64,000 nucleotides of DNA from Cetorhinus maximus (Eukaryota). The notes under the pieces are model-generated. The model was not told the origin of the DNA and did not search any database. It saw nothing but the letters and a program-made list of their open reading frames with translations. Every line of letters begins with the position of its first letter. The first letter of the stretch is position 1. A program made the translations under genes and the position numbers. This document shows positions 53,151 through 64,000 of this stretch, one piece after another. The stretch covers positions 33,976,001-34,040,000 of the forward strand of contig NC_135890.1 of assembly GCF_964194155.1 (NCBI RefSeq), read 5' to 3'.

Positions 53151-56100
53151 CTTCCTGCTTCATCTGTGTTGCTGACAAAACTTTCTGCCGCATTGAAATA
53201 TGCGCTGGAGCTTGTTTCCTTAACTGGCCCATCAATCTCAACGGCCTTTTCTCTCTACCAACTTTTACTTGTCTGTAATTGGACTGTGCTTCTACCGCCC
53301 CCATTATAATCCTGCGGTGAGAACACCCCGCCCTTTCCAAGAATCTCCACACGTTAACTGCCACTGTGACTTGGGCTTTAAAAACAAATTGCTGTCAGTT
53401 TGTGGAGGGTATATAATTTGCCGTAGTGAATGACTTTTCTAATGTGAAATCCTTCACAGTATTGGCATATGTATCGTGTTCTATTTATTTTGGAAACGTA
53501 TTTCGCGATTTTTAAATATGCTTTCATCAGTGCAGTAGATTATATCAGCAAGTTGAGGGTTAAACTTAGCGCAATTGGAAGGGAGACAGTCTGATATCAC
53601 CCATGTACACTTGGTGTTGAAAGGAAACAGCTTTTAAAATATATTCTGAGCTGTTTCTGTCATTGAGGCATGTTTTATTCCTTGTACTGATACATAGATC
53701 AAATTAATTATGTCAAATGTTGATTTCTGAAATCTTAATGACAATGGTGTCACATTCCTTTATTTGGCTTTATGTTCTAGAATTTAAGACTACATAATCT
53801 CAAAATTGTTCATCCCCACCTTCTAGTTTATCTCAGAACTCCTGACTAATCATAAGCCTTGTCCTTGACTCAAGTTCTTTATGTTGAGTAATGGTTGGAA
53901 CATACATGCAAAACAGGGTATTGTGATGCTATGATAATTTTAAGTTATTTTGTTAATTTTAAATGGCCTCTTGGTTCTTTTCCATTATACTTACAGGAAC
54001 AGTGTTTGTAAAGTTAAACTCATTTTTCTTCTCTAATAATGGACGCATCCATTAATGTGGCCTTGCTTATGGGCTGTGGGGAAGAAATTTAGATATATTC
54101 AGCTCAATTGTGCCGTAACATGATTAATTTTTTTAAGTTCTCATTGCCACCAAAGATTCTCATTCTGTCAGTGTAATTTTGTTGTGTTTTTCCAAGTCCA
54201 GGCTCAATTTGAAAAATCCCCAGGGTAAGAGAAAGCTTCAGTTTATCCATAAAAGAAACCTTGAACATTAGATAATTCCAGCAGGTGACCTTAGAGGGAA
54301 TTACAGTTAACTGTAAAAGGCTTCCTGCCAAATACATTGGTTGGATTGTATTCCAAAAAAAATAAGTACTTAAACATCTGAAGATTCAAATCAGTAGAAC
54401 AGTGCTCAAGCTACTGCAGGCAATATCCTGCAGCAGTCATTTTTAGGTGTCTTTAAAGCTGGTATCCAAGTGTTCTAACTAAAATAAATTATCTTTCATG
54501 TAGACCTGCACAAAGTTAAACTGCTAGAACCCTTCTTTAGTGCCAGATAATTAAGCGAAAGCTTTTGGAAACAGCGGAGTCCAAACCGTAACTCGAGCAT
54601 GAGCGTTAAGATTCCGCTTCTTCTCCCCTCTCCTCTCATCTAACATTAAACCTGCTGTTTTATTTTAGTAAGCACATTTCCTTTGAAGCTAAGATAAGGT
54701 TGGTAATAGAAATTAAAAAGCGTCTAGGTAATGAGACAAGATAAGACTACCTGTTTCCTTTCTAGTAATGTCCATCTTAAAGCATTTTATGTCTACGTTG
54801 TGTAACTGTACTGAATAGTTTTCAGAGCTTAATATTTTTTGTCAAATGCAGTAATATGGCATACTGTGCCAAAAAACCAATATCATCCACGTGGTTTCAG
54901 CATTAATTAAAATCCTCATCAATCCTTTTGCCCTCTCTCTAGTCCTGATATTCTATTGCGTTACTGGCTGACACCCCTCCACAAAATTCAGCTGATCCAG
55001 AACTCTACTATCCGCATCCTATCATTAGCCCAGTGACAAGCACAATGATGGTTTTGGCCGCAAATGGGCTAAAGTGGGGTGAATGCATGCAATGTTAGAG
55101 ATGGAAGTAGGCAGTTCTCGTGATGGAGCGGGTATTGGATTATAATGTTGATGAGGGTTTCGGTCTTCATTCAGACTGAGACAGGGAGGGGCTTGATTTG
55201 GTGACAAGGGCGCAAAGTTTATAACGGGAACCGAACACTTCAGTTTTTTCATTACTGAGGTTCACTTAGAAAAAGTACCCAGGAGTTCCTCTGATGTTTC
55301 AGTTGGTAAAGTGAGTTCTACTGGTCAGAGATTCCAATTTTAATTTTTGCTCTGTAATCAGTTAGTTAATCTCAGTTTGGGCAATAATTGGGCACTATTA
55401 TATGCCTATACCTATGTTTTTATAAATAAAGAAATTGATGAGGACTCCCACGTTATTCATCATCCAGTGATCCCTGCTGGGAAGTACATGTATATTCTAT
55501 AGTTGAGGACAGAATTGAGCTTAATGGTGATGACTTGCTCAGTTGATGAATCTGCTGATGCCCACTGTCAGCTTGTAAATGAAGACCAGCTACTTAAGAA
55601 GTTAATGCAGGCTAGTCCCTGTGGCTACATATTCTAGCACCAGTCAACTCTTTTGAGGAAAGGAAATGAGCACAACTGGCAAGGAACCATGTAATTTGAA
55701 AAGTTACACTGAAAGTTTACCACTTATAATGATCGATACAGAAATTGAGCCAACTTCATCCAGACTCTGAACATCTTAGGTGGATTTCGGAAAGGAACAT
55801 AGACATTCACATTGATTATCTTTATCACAATAATATTTTCACTTAGTATAGAATTCTACAGGTATTGAATTATAAAGTTTATATATTATAGTGCAAGAAA
55901 CAAAAGAGCACCATTTACTTTGAGACTTACTGAATATAATTTCAACTATTATTGGTAAATGTTAGAACTTCAGAATTTACAGATAGCTAATGGCATTTTT
56001 TAAAAAGCATTTTAGCTTTTATAATTAGTGACAGAATACAAGAGTTAATACAATTAAAACTTTACACAAACCATTGGTCAGGCCAGTTAGAGTACCCATA

Positions 56101-56930
56101 AAGTTTTTGGCACCTTTTTGTAAAAAGGACATTAAAGCCATAGCAAGTGTACATCATAGACTGAACCAGGATGATACCAGGGATTGGAAGCTACCGTAAC
56201 ACCAGAAGATATTCATAGCAGGAAGGCTAGAAGGAGGCTTACTGGTAATGAGAAATCTTTAAGATTATGAAAAGTTTTGGGAAAAATCTTTGGTTGGGAA
56301 CAAGGGGTAGGTCATCAATTCAGAATCGTTACCAAAAGAATAAAGGGTGAGGGTGGAAAAAATTAACTTAAGATTGTTGGAGCTTGAAATGCTTTACCAT
56401 AGGAGTAGTTGACACAGTTATTACATATTTTATGGGATAGTTGGCTATATATTTGAAAGGGGCATGGGCAGAGCATAAAGCAGTGGGATTAGTTTTGGGT
56501 TGTTTTCGTAATGAGAAATAATTGAAGTGGGGACCATTATGGAAAGGCGTAGCTGGATTCATCATATAAGAATTAGGAACAAGAGGAGGTCATTCAGCCC
56601 ATCGAGCCTATTCTGCCATTCAATGGATCATGGCTGATCTGATTATGGTGTTAACTACTTTTTTTGCACCCCCCCCCCCCTCCCAATAATCCTTGATGCC
56701 CTTGTAGATCAAAAATAGTCATGAAAGAAAGAACTACCCGGGATGTATTTAATAGTGGGACCACAGGAATTCTCAAGTGGAGCTGACCCACTGCATCTTA
56801 TTTGGCTTGTTTATTACTTGATCCATTCTAACTTCTGGGTAGCCTTTGTAATGTTTTGTAACTTTTAATATGTCATTAGCTGTTCTTGACTTCTTGATCA
56901 ATGATTTTTCAGCGAACTTCCTTATCAATG

Positions 56931-58297
56931 ATGAGAAGGAAAGGAAGGTGCCACCGAGGGACAGCAAGGCGTCCAGCTTCACCTTGCAGCCTGAAACATT
57001 CACCAAGCCGTGAAATGCTAACATATGCTCAAGCACAACGAATGGTTGAAATGGAAATTGATGGCCGGCTACACAGGATCAGTATTTATGATCCTTTGGA
57101 GATCATTTCAGAAGATGACTTAACTGCCCAAGAAATTGTTGAATGTAACAGCAACAAGGAAAATAGTGAACGTCCTCTTGTTTTCGTAAAGACTAAAAGG
57201 TACAAATCTAATAAAGTGAAAAAGAAGGATGCCACTATTCAGAGTACACATGGAGCTCCAACACAGGTGAATGCATTGCCAGAACCCAGATTCAGAATCG
57301 TAGATTATGAACCACCATCAGCTCCTCGTCGGCCTTCATCTTATTACAGACTCATCGAGAAATCCCCAGAGGAGCTCAATAATGAAGTTGAGTACGATAT
57401 GGATGAAGAAGATTATGCATGGCTGGAAATGATTAATGAAAGGCGCAAAAGTGATGGTTTGAGTGCAGTTTCACAGAATGTGTTTGAGTTCCTTATGGAT
57501 AAACTAGAGAAGGAATCTTACTTTGAAAATTCTAATCAAGGTGATCCGCAGTCATTAATTGATGAAGATGCTGTTTGTTGTATTTGCATGGATGGAGAAT
57601 GTCAAAACAGTAATGTAATATTGTTTTGCGACATGTGTAACTTAGCAGTACATCAGGAATGCTATGGGGTTCCTTATATACCCGAAGGACAATGGTTGTG
57701 CCGTCGTTGTTTGCAATCCCCTTCTCGACCTGTTGATTGTATCTTGTGCCCAAATAAGGGTGGTGCTTTCAAGAAGACAGATGATGGTCAGTGGGGTCAT
57801 GTTGTTTGTGCACTGTGGGTTCCTGAAGTTGGATTTGCTAACACTGTATTCATAGAGCCTATTGATGGTGTCAAGAACATTCCAGCAGCCAGGTGGAAAT
57901 TGACATGCTACCTCTGCAAACAGAAAGGGCTTGGTGCTTGCATCCAGTGCCAAAAGGCAAATTGCTATACAGCATTCCATGTAACTTGTGCTCAACAAGC
58001 AGGTCTGTACATGAAAATGGAGCCTGTTAAAGAGACTGCATCCAATGGAACAACAACATTCAATGTGAAAAAGACTGCTTTCTGTGCTGTGCACACTCCT
58101 CCTGGGTGCGTGAGAAGGCCGCTTCACATTTACGAGCCACCTGAAGTGAAAAATGGCATATGTAGAAGAGATTCACCTAACAAGACAACTAAAACAAAAT
58201 GTAAAGCAAGGCAGAAGACAAAGAAGGCCAGGAAACTCTTAGTTGAAAAATGTACTGCTGTGCCTGTAGTATCAGTCCCATGCATTCAGCCTGACAG
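56931..58297 (+). CDS. BRD1: BRD1 (BRPF2) first coding exon: EPC-N region and PZP (PHD-Zn knuckle-PHD) domain; gene continues beyond the window
   Basis: Acceptor ttttcag| before 56913; (M)[10 protein letters not shown]...[14 protein letters not shown]...[53 protein letters not shown]; donor ag|gtgagt. The [11 protein letters not shown]-terminus and synteny indicate BRD1 rather than BRPF1/3. Confidence 0.97.
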
Positions 58298-58870
58298 GTG
58301 AGTGTTTTCACAAACTTCAATACCTGTTTTTCATTTTGAGGTTTTGTGATGAAATCTGCAGCCTATTAAATAAATCTAATGAAAAGTAAAAAGACAATGT
58401 GCTATTTATCTAAAAATTATTCTTCTATGTCCTTGTGTTTGTTTTGTGTTGTAGAGCCTCTTAAGCCAAACAAATTGGGAAATCTGAAATCACTTTCAAT
58501 CCTTGTTTGCTCAGCCAATTGACGAACTCTAATATAATTTCTGAACCAATCACACTCTATTAAAAGAGAATCTGTGATATACAACCAGTCATACAATATA
58601 TAAACTTTATGGCCAATTCAATAATGTTTTCTGATTTTAAATTGCTCTATGTCCCATTTAAATCTTGCCTGCCCCCATCACACAAAGTCAACAGTCTTGA
58701 ATTTTACACACCCTCCACCTGCAGTTGGCACCACACCCATTCACTGTCCTGAACTCACCCCAACTAACACTTGATTATATGAAGAGTGTGGGTAACTCAA
58801 AGGCACCTGAACTACAGTGATTTCATTCTTGTTTCTGTATGCTGCTAGCCAAGGCTGCTTCTCATTTTCA

Positions 58871-59790
58871 TATAAAGAATAAAGTAGAATGGAGAGAGTC
58901 TTGAGTGCAGCAGTGAGAGAAAGTAGCATTTAACAGTACAGAGAGCAAAGCAGCTCTCTCAGGAAACTTCCAAACTTTGCTCAGCCTAGTATACTGATAA
59001 CCTCCTATATACACAATCTGCAGTGACATATTCCCTTGACACCCCTTCAGAAAGCACAAAGCTTTCCAGAAGCAGAACCTTGTCGGTCTAAGCCCATTTC
59101 TGAGAGCCCCTTGTTTCCCTTCACTAACTGAAAAACCATTACAAGATCTTGGTGACATAGTGGCAATATCAGCCCAATGAACATAATCTGCACAGAGCTC
59201 TATGCCCCAAATTACTGGTGTAATGAATGGGAGATCTTGTATTTATTGTGAGTCTTTGTCTGAAACTGAATAGAAAAATATCAGGCGAAAGGCCTAAGAT
59301 CCACTGCCCATATGTAAACAAAAATAACTTGAGCAATACAGAAATTGTTAATGCATGAAAGAGAAGGAATGTCTTAAGTGGAGTACTTATTATAGAAGAA
59401 ATGATTAACACGTTTAGTTGACTTTATTCCTGATCATGAAATCTAAAACACTGTCTTCTTTCCCTCTACTCTGTTCTGAAGTCATTCATAATACACGAAG
59501 TTGACAGTAATATTTCTCCAGGGAGGGTCAAACAGTTCAGATCCATTCTGTTTCGGAAACGGGCTTAGACCTACAAGGTTCTGCTGCTGGAAAGCTTTGT
59601 GCTTTCTGGAGGGGCGTTAAGGGAATATGTCACTGCACGGCAGCTTTTATATGTTGGAGGCTGTCATTATACAAGGCTGAGTAAAGTTTGGAAGTTTCCT
59701 GAGAGAGCTGCTTTGGTCTCTGGCATGTTAAATGCCCCTCTCTCTCACCGCTGCACTCAAGACTCTCTCCATTCTAATTTATTCTTTCTA
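58871..59790. repeat. Long inverted repeat (arms ~58871-59104 and ~59550-59790)
   Basis: Arms are diverged reverse complements; ORF-track peptides on opposite strands share YTRLSKVWKFPERAAL..TQDSLHS. Confidence 0.9.
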
Positions 59791-61134
59791 TTACTCTCAC
59801 CTAATGTTGTTACTTCCCTCCTTTCTCTCTAAGATGTTCTCGTCACTATTCTTTTCTGTATTCCTTGTCTTTCTGTAATGAGAGCTGCAGGAGTGAAAAT
59901 GGGAAATGCACAAGAGGCCAGAGTTGGGAGGAATGCGAAGTTGAAGGAAGTTTGTATGACTGAAGGAGGTTACAAAGACAGGGAGCGTGATGCCTTGGAG
60001 AGAGTGAATACAATAAGAATTTTATAATTAAAGCTTTGGTGGACCAGAACCCACTGCAGATCAGAAGATATAGGGTGACAGATGCAAAAATGTTGGTGAA
60101 AACTTGTTAGAAACACATGGATTACTCCACCTATACCTCATGCAATGTCTGTGAAATATTCTCCCTGATTGCTGCACAGCAAAAAAAAACAAAGTTGCTG
60201 TGCTGCGACTTAGTTGGTGAGTTGAGGATAGCTGTCTGTTTTGACAAGATGGAGAGTACAGTGAAAATAGGTAAGTTTTTGACTCATAATATTACAGACA
60301 ATTTTCAAGAAATCAATATTATAAAGGTGTAGCTAATCAATGAAGAACATGAACATAAGGGCGTATACAAAAAATTGTCGCCCTTTAGGGTCTCTTGCTG
60401 CTTTGAGTCTACATTTTAGAATCCGCTCCTTCAATCTCTTCCCTAATTTCATATCCTCTTTTAAAATTCACCTCTTTGTCTAGGCTTTGGTCACCTTTCC
60501 CAATATCATCTTTGATTTGACATCCTTTTTATTTTTTTCATACACCTGTGAAGCTCCTTGGGATGTTTATCTACATTTAAAAGTGCTATATGTCACAGCA
60601 CTTTTGTGCTTAGAATTTGCCTTAGAATTTTGGGAACTGGGAAGCACTGATACTTTGAGAAATACATAATCCACATCACAATGTTTTGTTCATGCAAGTA
60701 TAGAATGCCACCCAATGGTATCATGCCAGAGATCTTGAATCTAATTCCTTGTGCTTTCTTCCTGTTTATTATGCAATCGAATAATTAAAACTGAAATCAA
60801 GACAATACACCTGAATGCCCTTGATCACTTGTGCCATTCCGAGTTACTGAAATGTCACTTGGCTCACTAACAAATAAATCCAGTCCCTATGTATTTCTCC
60901 TGGAATCTATGCTATAGTTTCTATATATTTTTTTGAATGTGCCTCTGTTACATTTGAGAAAAGCTTCCACAGCTGCAGTTTTATAAACATGCTGTGCTTA
61001 GTGTGCATAAGGTATGGTTTGATGACTTCAAACTTAATTTTCATTATATTAATAAGATATTAAGCTTAAAGAAGGAAAATGCCATATCTTCCACACCGCC
61101 CTCATTCCTTGATTGTTTAACCTGATTTCTGCTG

Positions 61135-61630
61135 GTTACCTTCGCCAGTGAAGGTAGATGGAGGTAATGTTTCACCCCACTTAGTCTGTTTGTGAACAAT
61201 GTATCAAAAAGTTAAATGGACAGATTTCAACAAAGCTTGGAACACAGGGTGTGACCCAAGGAACAACTGATTAATTTTTGAAGATCCGGATCCGGGAATT
61301 TTTTTTAAAGGATCCATTAACATGGGGAGAAAAGGCGAATTGACTTTTTTTTTAGAATGTTGTGGATTGTCTCAGTTGTTGTAGAATTTGTCATGGCTGT
61401 CAAAATGTGAGTACAGTTTTCAGAGCAGGTTGTTGGATGTGGATTGGCCTGAAGTCTCCTCAGTGAGATGGATGCTTTTAATAAAAAGATTTATTTTATC
61501 AGCTTTGCGGTTACAGAGCATCAACCAGTCAGGGAAGAGCCTCAAGGAAGAGCTGTCTAATTGTGATAACTTTGGGTTAACACAGCGTGATGGAGGTATG
61601 AGCTCTAATGAGTGCCCTCTTCACTTGTTT
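61135..61630 (+). mobile_element. Possible non-autonomous Helentron-associated element (HINE/DINE-1-like)
   Basis: Subterminal IR taccttcgcca / tgatggaggta, short gtctgtttgt repeat, imperfect 3' hairpin gagctct-aat-gagtgc. Confidence 0.45.
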
Positions 61631-63220
61631 AGAACGTTGTGGATTGCCTCAGCTCTTGTGGTGCAATTCTCCAGAAATTTGGGCATAAGTTCATGCAGCT
61701 ACGATTGGTAAAAACATAAATTTTGCCATTTTTTTCAGCAGAAGCGATCCAGGAAATTCCAGGCCTTGAATGTGCAGATTTTTCATGCTATCTTAATCCT
61801 TTAATTTATGACTAACCGGACTTTCTATTTTTTTCCCTTTTATCTGGTATTTATAATTTTGAAGAAAAAAAAGGCTTGCATTTTTATAGCTCCATTCACA
61901 ACTTCAGGGCATCCCAAAGTACTTTACAGCTAGTTAAATGCTTTAGAATTGCTGTCACTGTTGTAATGTAAGAATCATAGCCAACTTTTGTATAGAAAAG
62001 TCCCATAGACAGCAATGATATCATGATCAGATAATCTGTTTATCTATCCCTCAAGTAATATATACCAGCAAGGGCACTGTGATGAAGAACTCCCCTGCTC
62101 TTTGTCAGTGTTGAGGCATCTTTTACGCCTATCAAGTGGACAGATGGGGTCTCAGTTTAACAGCTTGTCAGGGAGACAACACTCAACTATAAATAACCTT
62201 CAATTTTTTGTTTTTCTAATATGAATATCTGGTTCATGATTGCTGTTATATTGGGTTTAGTTTATTTTTATTTTGAGACTGTCTTTTATTACTGTCATTA
62301 AAGAAAAGCTTACCTGAGTGCCATCTGAGCACATAGCTTAATTATGACAAAATTGGGGACTAAACAGCCTATTTATTGTATGTATTTATCTGGGCAGACT
62401 AAATATTAGAGATCGGATAGTTTGGCTAGTGTAATGGTCAACAAAATTAGCTGGATAAAAAATATTGAAACATTCCCCCCCCCAATCCTCATATACGTCA
62501 ATAGAAAAAGAAAATTACAATAATATTTCAAAGATCAATTCTTCAATTGCATATGAAATAGAGGGAAAACACTAAGTACACTACTTGTAAGACCACATCC
62601 ATGCTTTCATCAGGTGGTCAGCTCCACTCTTATGAATTTTTTAAAAATTTGGCAAGGGAGAAAGTTCTCCTGAATTTCAGTGTACTTTGATAAAAACAGA
62701 AAATGCTGGAAATTCTCAGGTCAAGCAGGATTTGTAGAGAGAGAAATTGAGTTAATGTTTCAGGTTGATGTTTCAGAACAAAAGGGCATTGACCTGAAAA
62801 CAGTTCTGACAAAAGATCACCCTGCAAACGTTAACTTTTAGCATTTTCTGTTTACATCTCAAGTTTTGAGCATTCAAAATATTTGTTCAGTTCATTGCAC
62901 TTTTTTAAAGAAGTATTTGATGCCTATTTTTATTCCTTCTCTTGAACACATTTACATACTCTCACTGCAGCACAGTTTCACAAGTGACAGTCTCCCTCCA
63001 ATAATTCAGCAAAAGAGGAGGGTGAATTGACAATCTATTTGGTTCAGATGGTCATTGTCAAACTGTATTAAACTGATCTACACCTGAGAATTTCTGAAGT
63101 AATAATGATCTGGAATAGGAGTTTTAGCAAATTTTTTCCCCTTTTTAGCTAGGGGTTAAGGCCAATTGCAGTATCAGTATTTGTGCCTTGACCAGGGTCA
63201 GCTAGCTCAGCAGAGACCTG

Positions 63221-63885
63221 GGGTAGGATTTTCCTGGGCGGGGGCAGGGCCCGCACGCCGATGCATAAAATGACGCGCGGTGACGTTGGGCAGAACTCCC
63301 GACGTCATCGCGCCCCGTTTAAATTTTCAGGTAGGCGAGGGCGCAGCAAAATCAGTTGTACGCCCACCGACCTGTCAATGGCCAATTAATTGAAACAATT
63401 AATGGACCTGCCCATCCAACCTTAAGGTTGGCAGGCAGGCCAGGAGCCCTGGTGGGCTTCAGAAAAAGCATGAAACCTCATCCACAGGCGGGATGAGGTT
63501 TCATGTAGGTTTTTAAAAATTTAATTAAAGTTTTTTATAAAGTTAGGGCATGTCCCAATTCATGTGACAGTGTCACATGAGGGGACATACCAGGGGATTT
63601 TTTTTTTTCTCTATTTTTAATGTTTTTGACAGTAGAGGCGATCTCCCTGAGGCAGCATTTAGGCTCAGGGAGATGAGTGCGAAAGAGCGCACTGTCAGGT
63701 TTAGGGATTCCAGCCCGCTCGCACAGGGAGCGCATAGCGCTTCCGTGCGGACGTCACGCTGGATGGGTCTTAATTGGCCCACCCACATAAAATGGCGGCA
63801 TGCCCCCAATTGTGGGCATCGAACAGAGGTGTGCTTGTGCGCACCCACACTTCAACTTCACCCCTGACGGGGAGAAATCCTGCCC
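63221..63885. mobile_element. PIF/Harbinger-like MITE
   Basis: TIRs GGGTAGGATTTT...AAATCCTGCCC, 3-bp TSD CTG/CTG. Confidence 0.8.
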
Positions 63886-64000
63886 CTGGAGTCAAAGAAT
63901 CACAGAATTGTTAGTGCTGAAGGAGTTCATTCAGCCCATCATGTCTGCACCGGCTCTCCGAATTAGCATTTCAACCAGTGCCATTCTCCTGTTTTCTCCC

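Noticed and set aside
51900-53364. Many overlapping 70-143 aa ORFs in the CpG island
   Set aside because: Expected from stop-codon scarcity in GC-rich DNA; low-complexity Arg/Pro/Ala peptides with no recognisable domains.
56901-56930. N-terminal extension MIFQRTSLS of BRD1
   Set aside because: The ATG at 56901 lies upstream of the splice acceptor (AG 56911-56912), so it is intronic.
57532-58127. Antisense ORFs over BRD1
   Set aside because: Shadow frames of the real coding exon.
58868-59832. Two similar peptides as duplicated small genes
   Set aside because: A by-product of the inverted repeat; non-ATG starts and no splice or domain support.

Overview
Repeat-rich vertebrate genomic DNA, almost certainly from an elasmobranch (shark), judging by HE1-type SINEs, HER1-type LINEs and SacSINE1/Deu-domain SINEs. 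It carries the conserved jawed-vertebrate block CRELD2(-) / ALG12(+) / [ZBED4(-)] / BRD1(+). Six CRELD2 coding exons run off the left edge. ALG12 is complete (9 coding exons, 1488 nt, 495 aa) and head-to-head with CRELD2 across a promoter with ERSE-II and ERSE-like motifs. BRD1 contributes a CpG-island promoter and its large first coding exon. Main observations: (1) at the syntenic ZBED4 position there is only a frameshifted, stop-containing relic, an apparent unitary pseudogene of a domesticated hAT transposase; (2) the ALG12 minor-spliceosome (U12-type) intron starts with a non-canonical CT (CTATCCTTT...TCCTTGAC...AG); (3) a candidate divergent spliced exon in the BRD1 CpG island points toward the dead ZBED4; (4) a Gmr1-type Gypsy fragment has integrase upstream of RT; (5) there are Harbinger-like MITEs with 3-bp TSDs, a solo LTR with a 22-bp hairpin, a Tx1 insertion with a perfect 17-bp TSD, decayed hammerhead-like motifs and a 230-bp intronic inverted repeat. 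I found no convincing wholly new multi-gene system. Homology calls rest on manual translation and recalled reference proteins, not database searches, and repeat boundaries are approximate.
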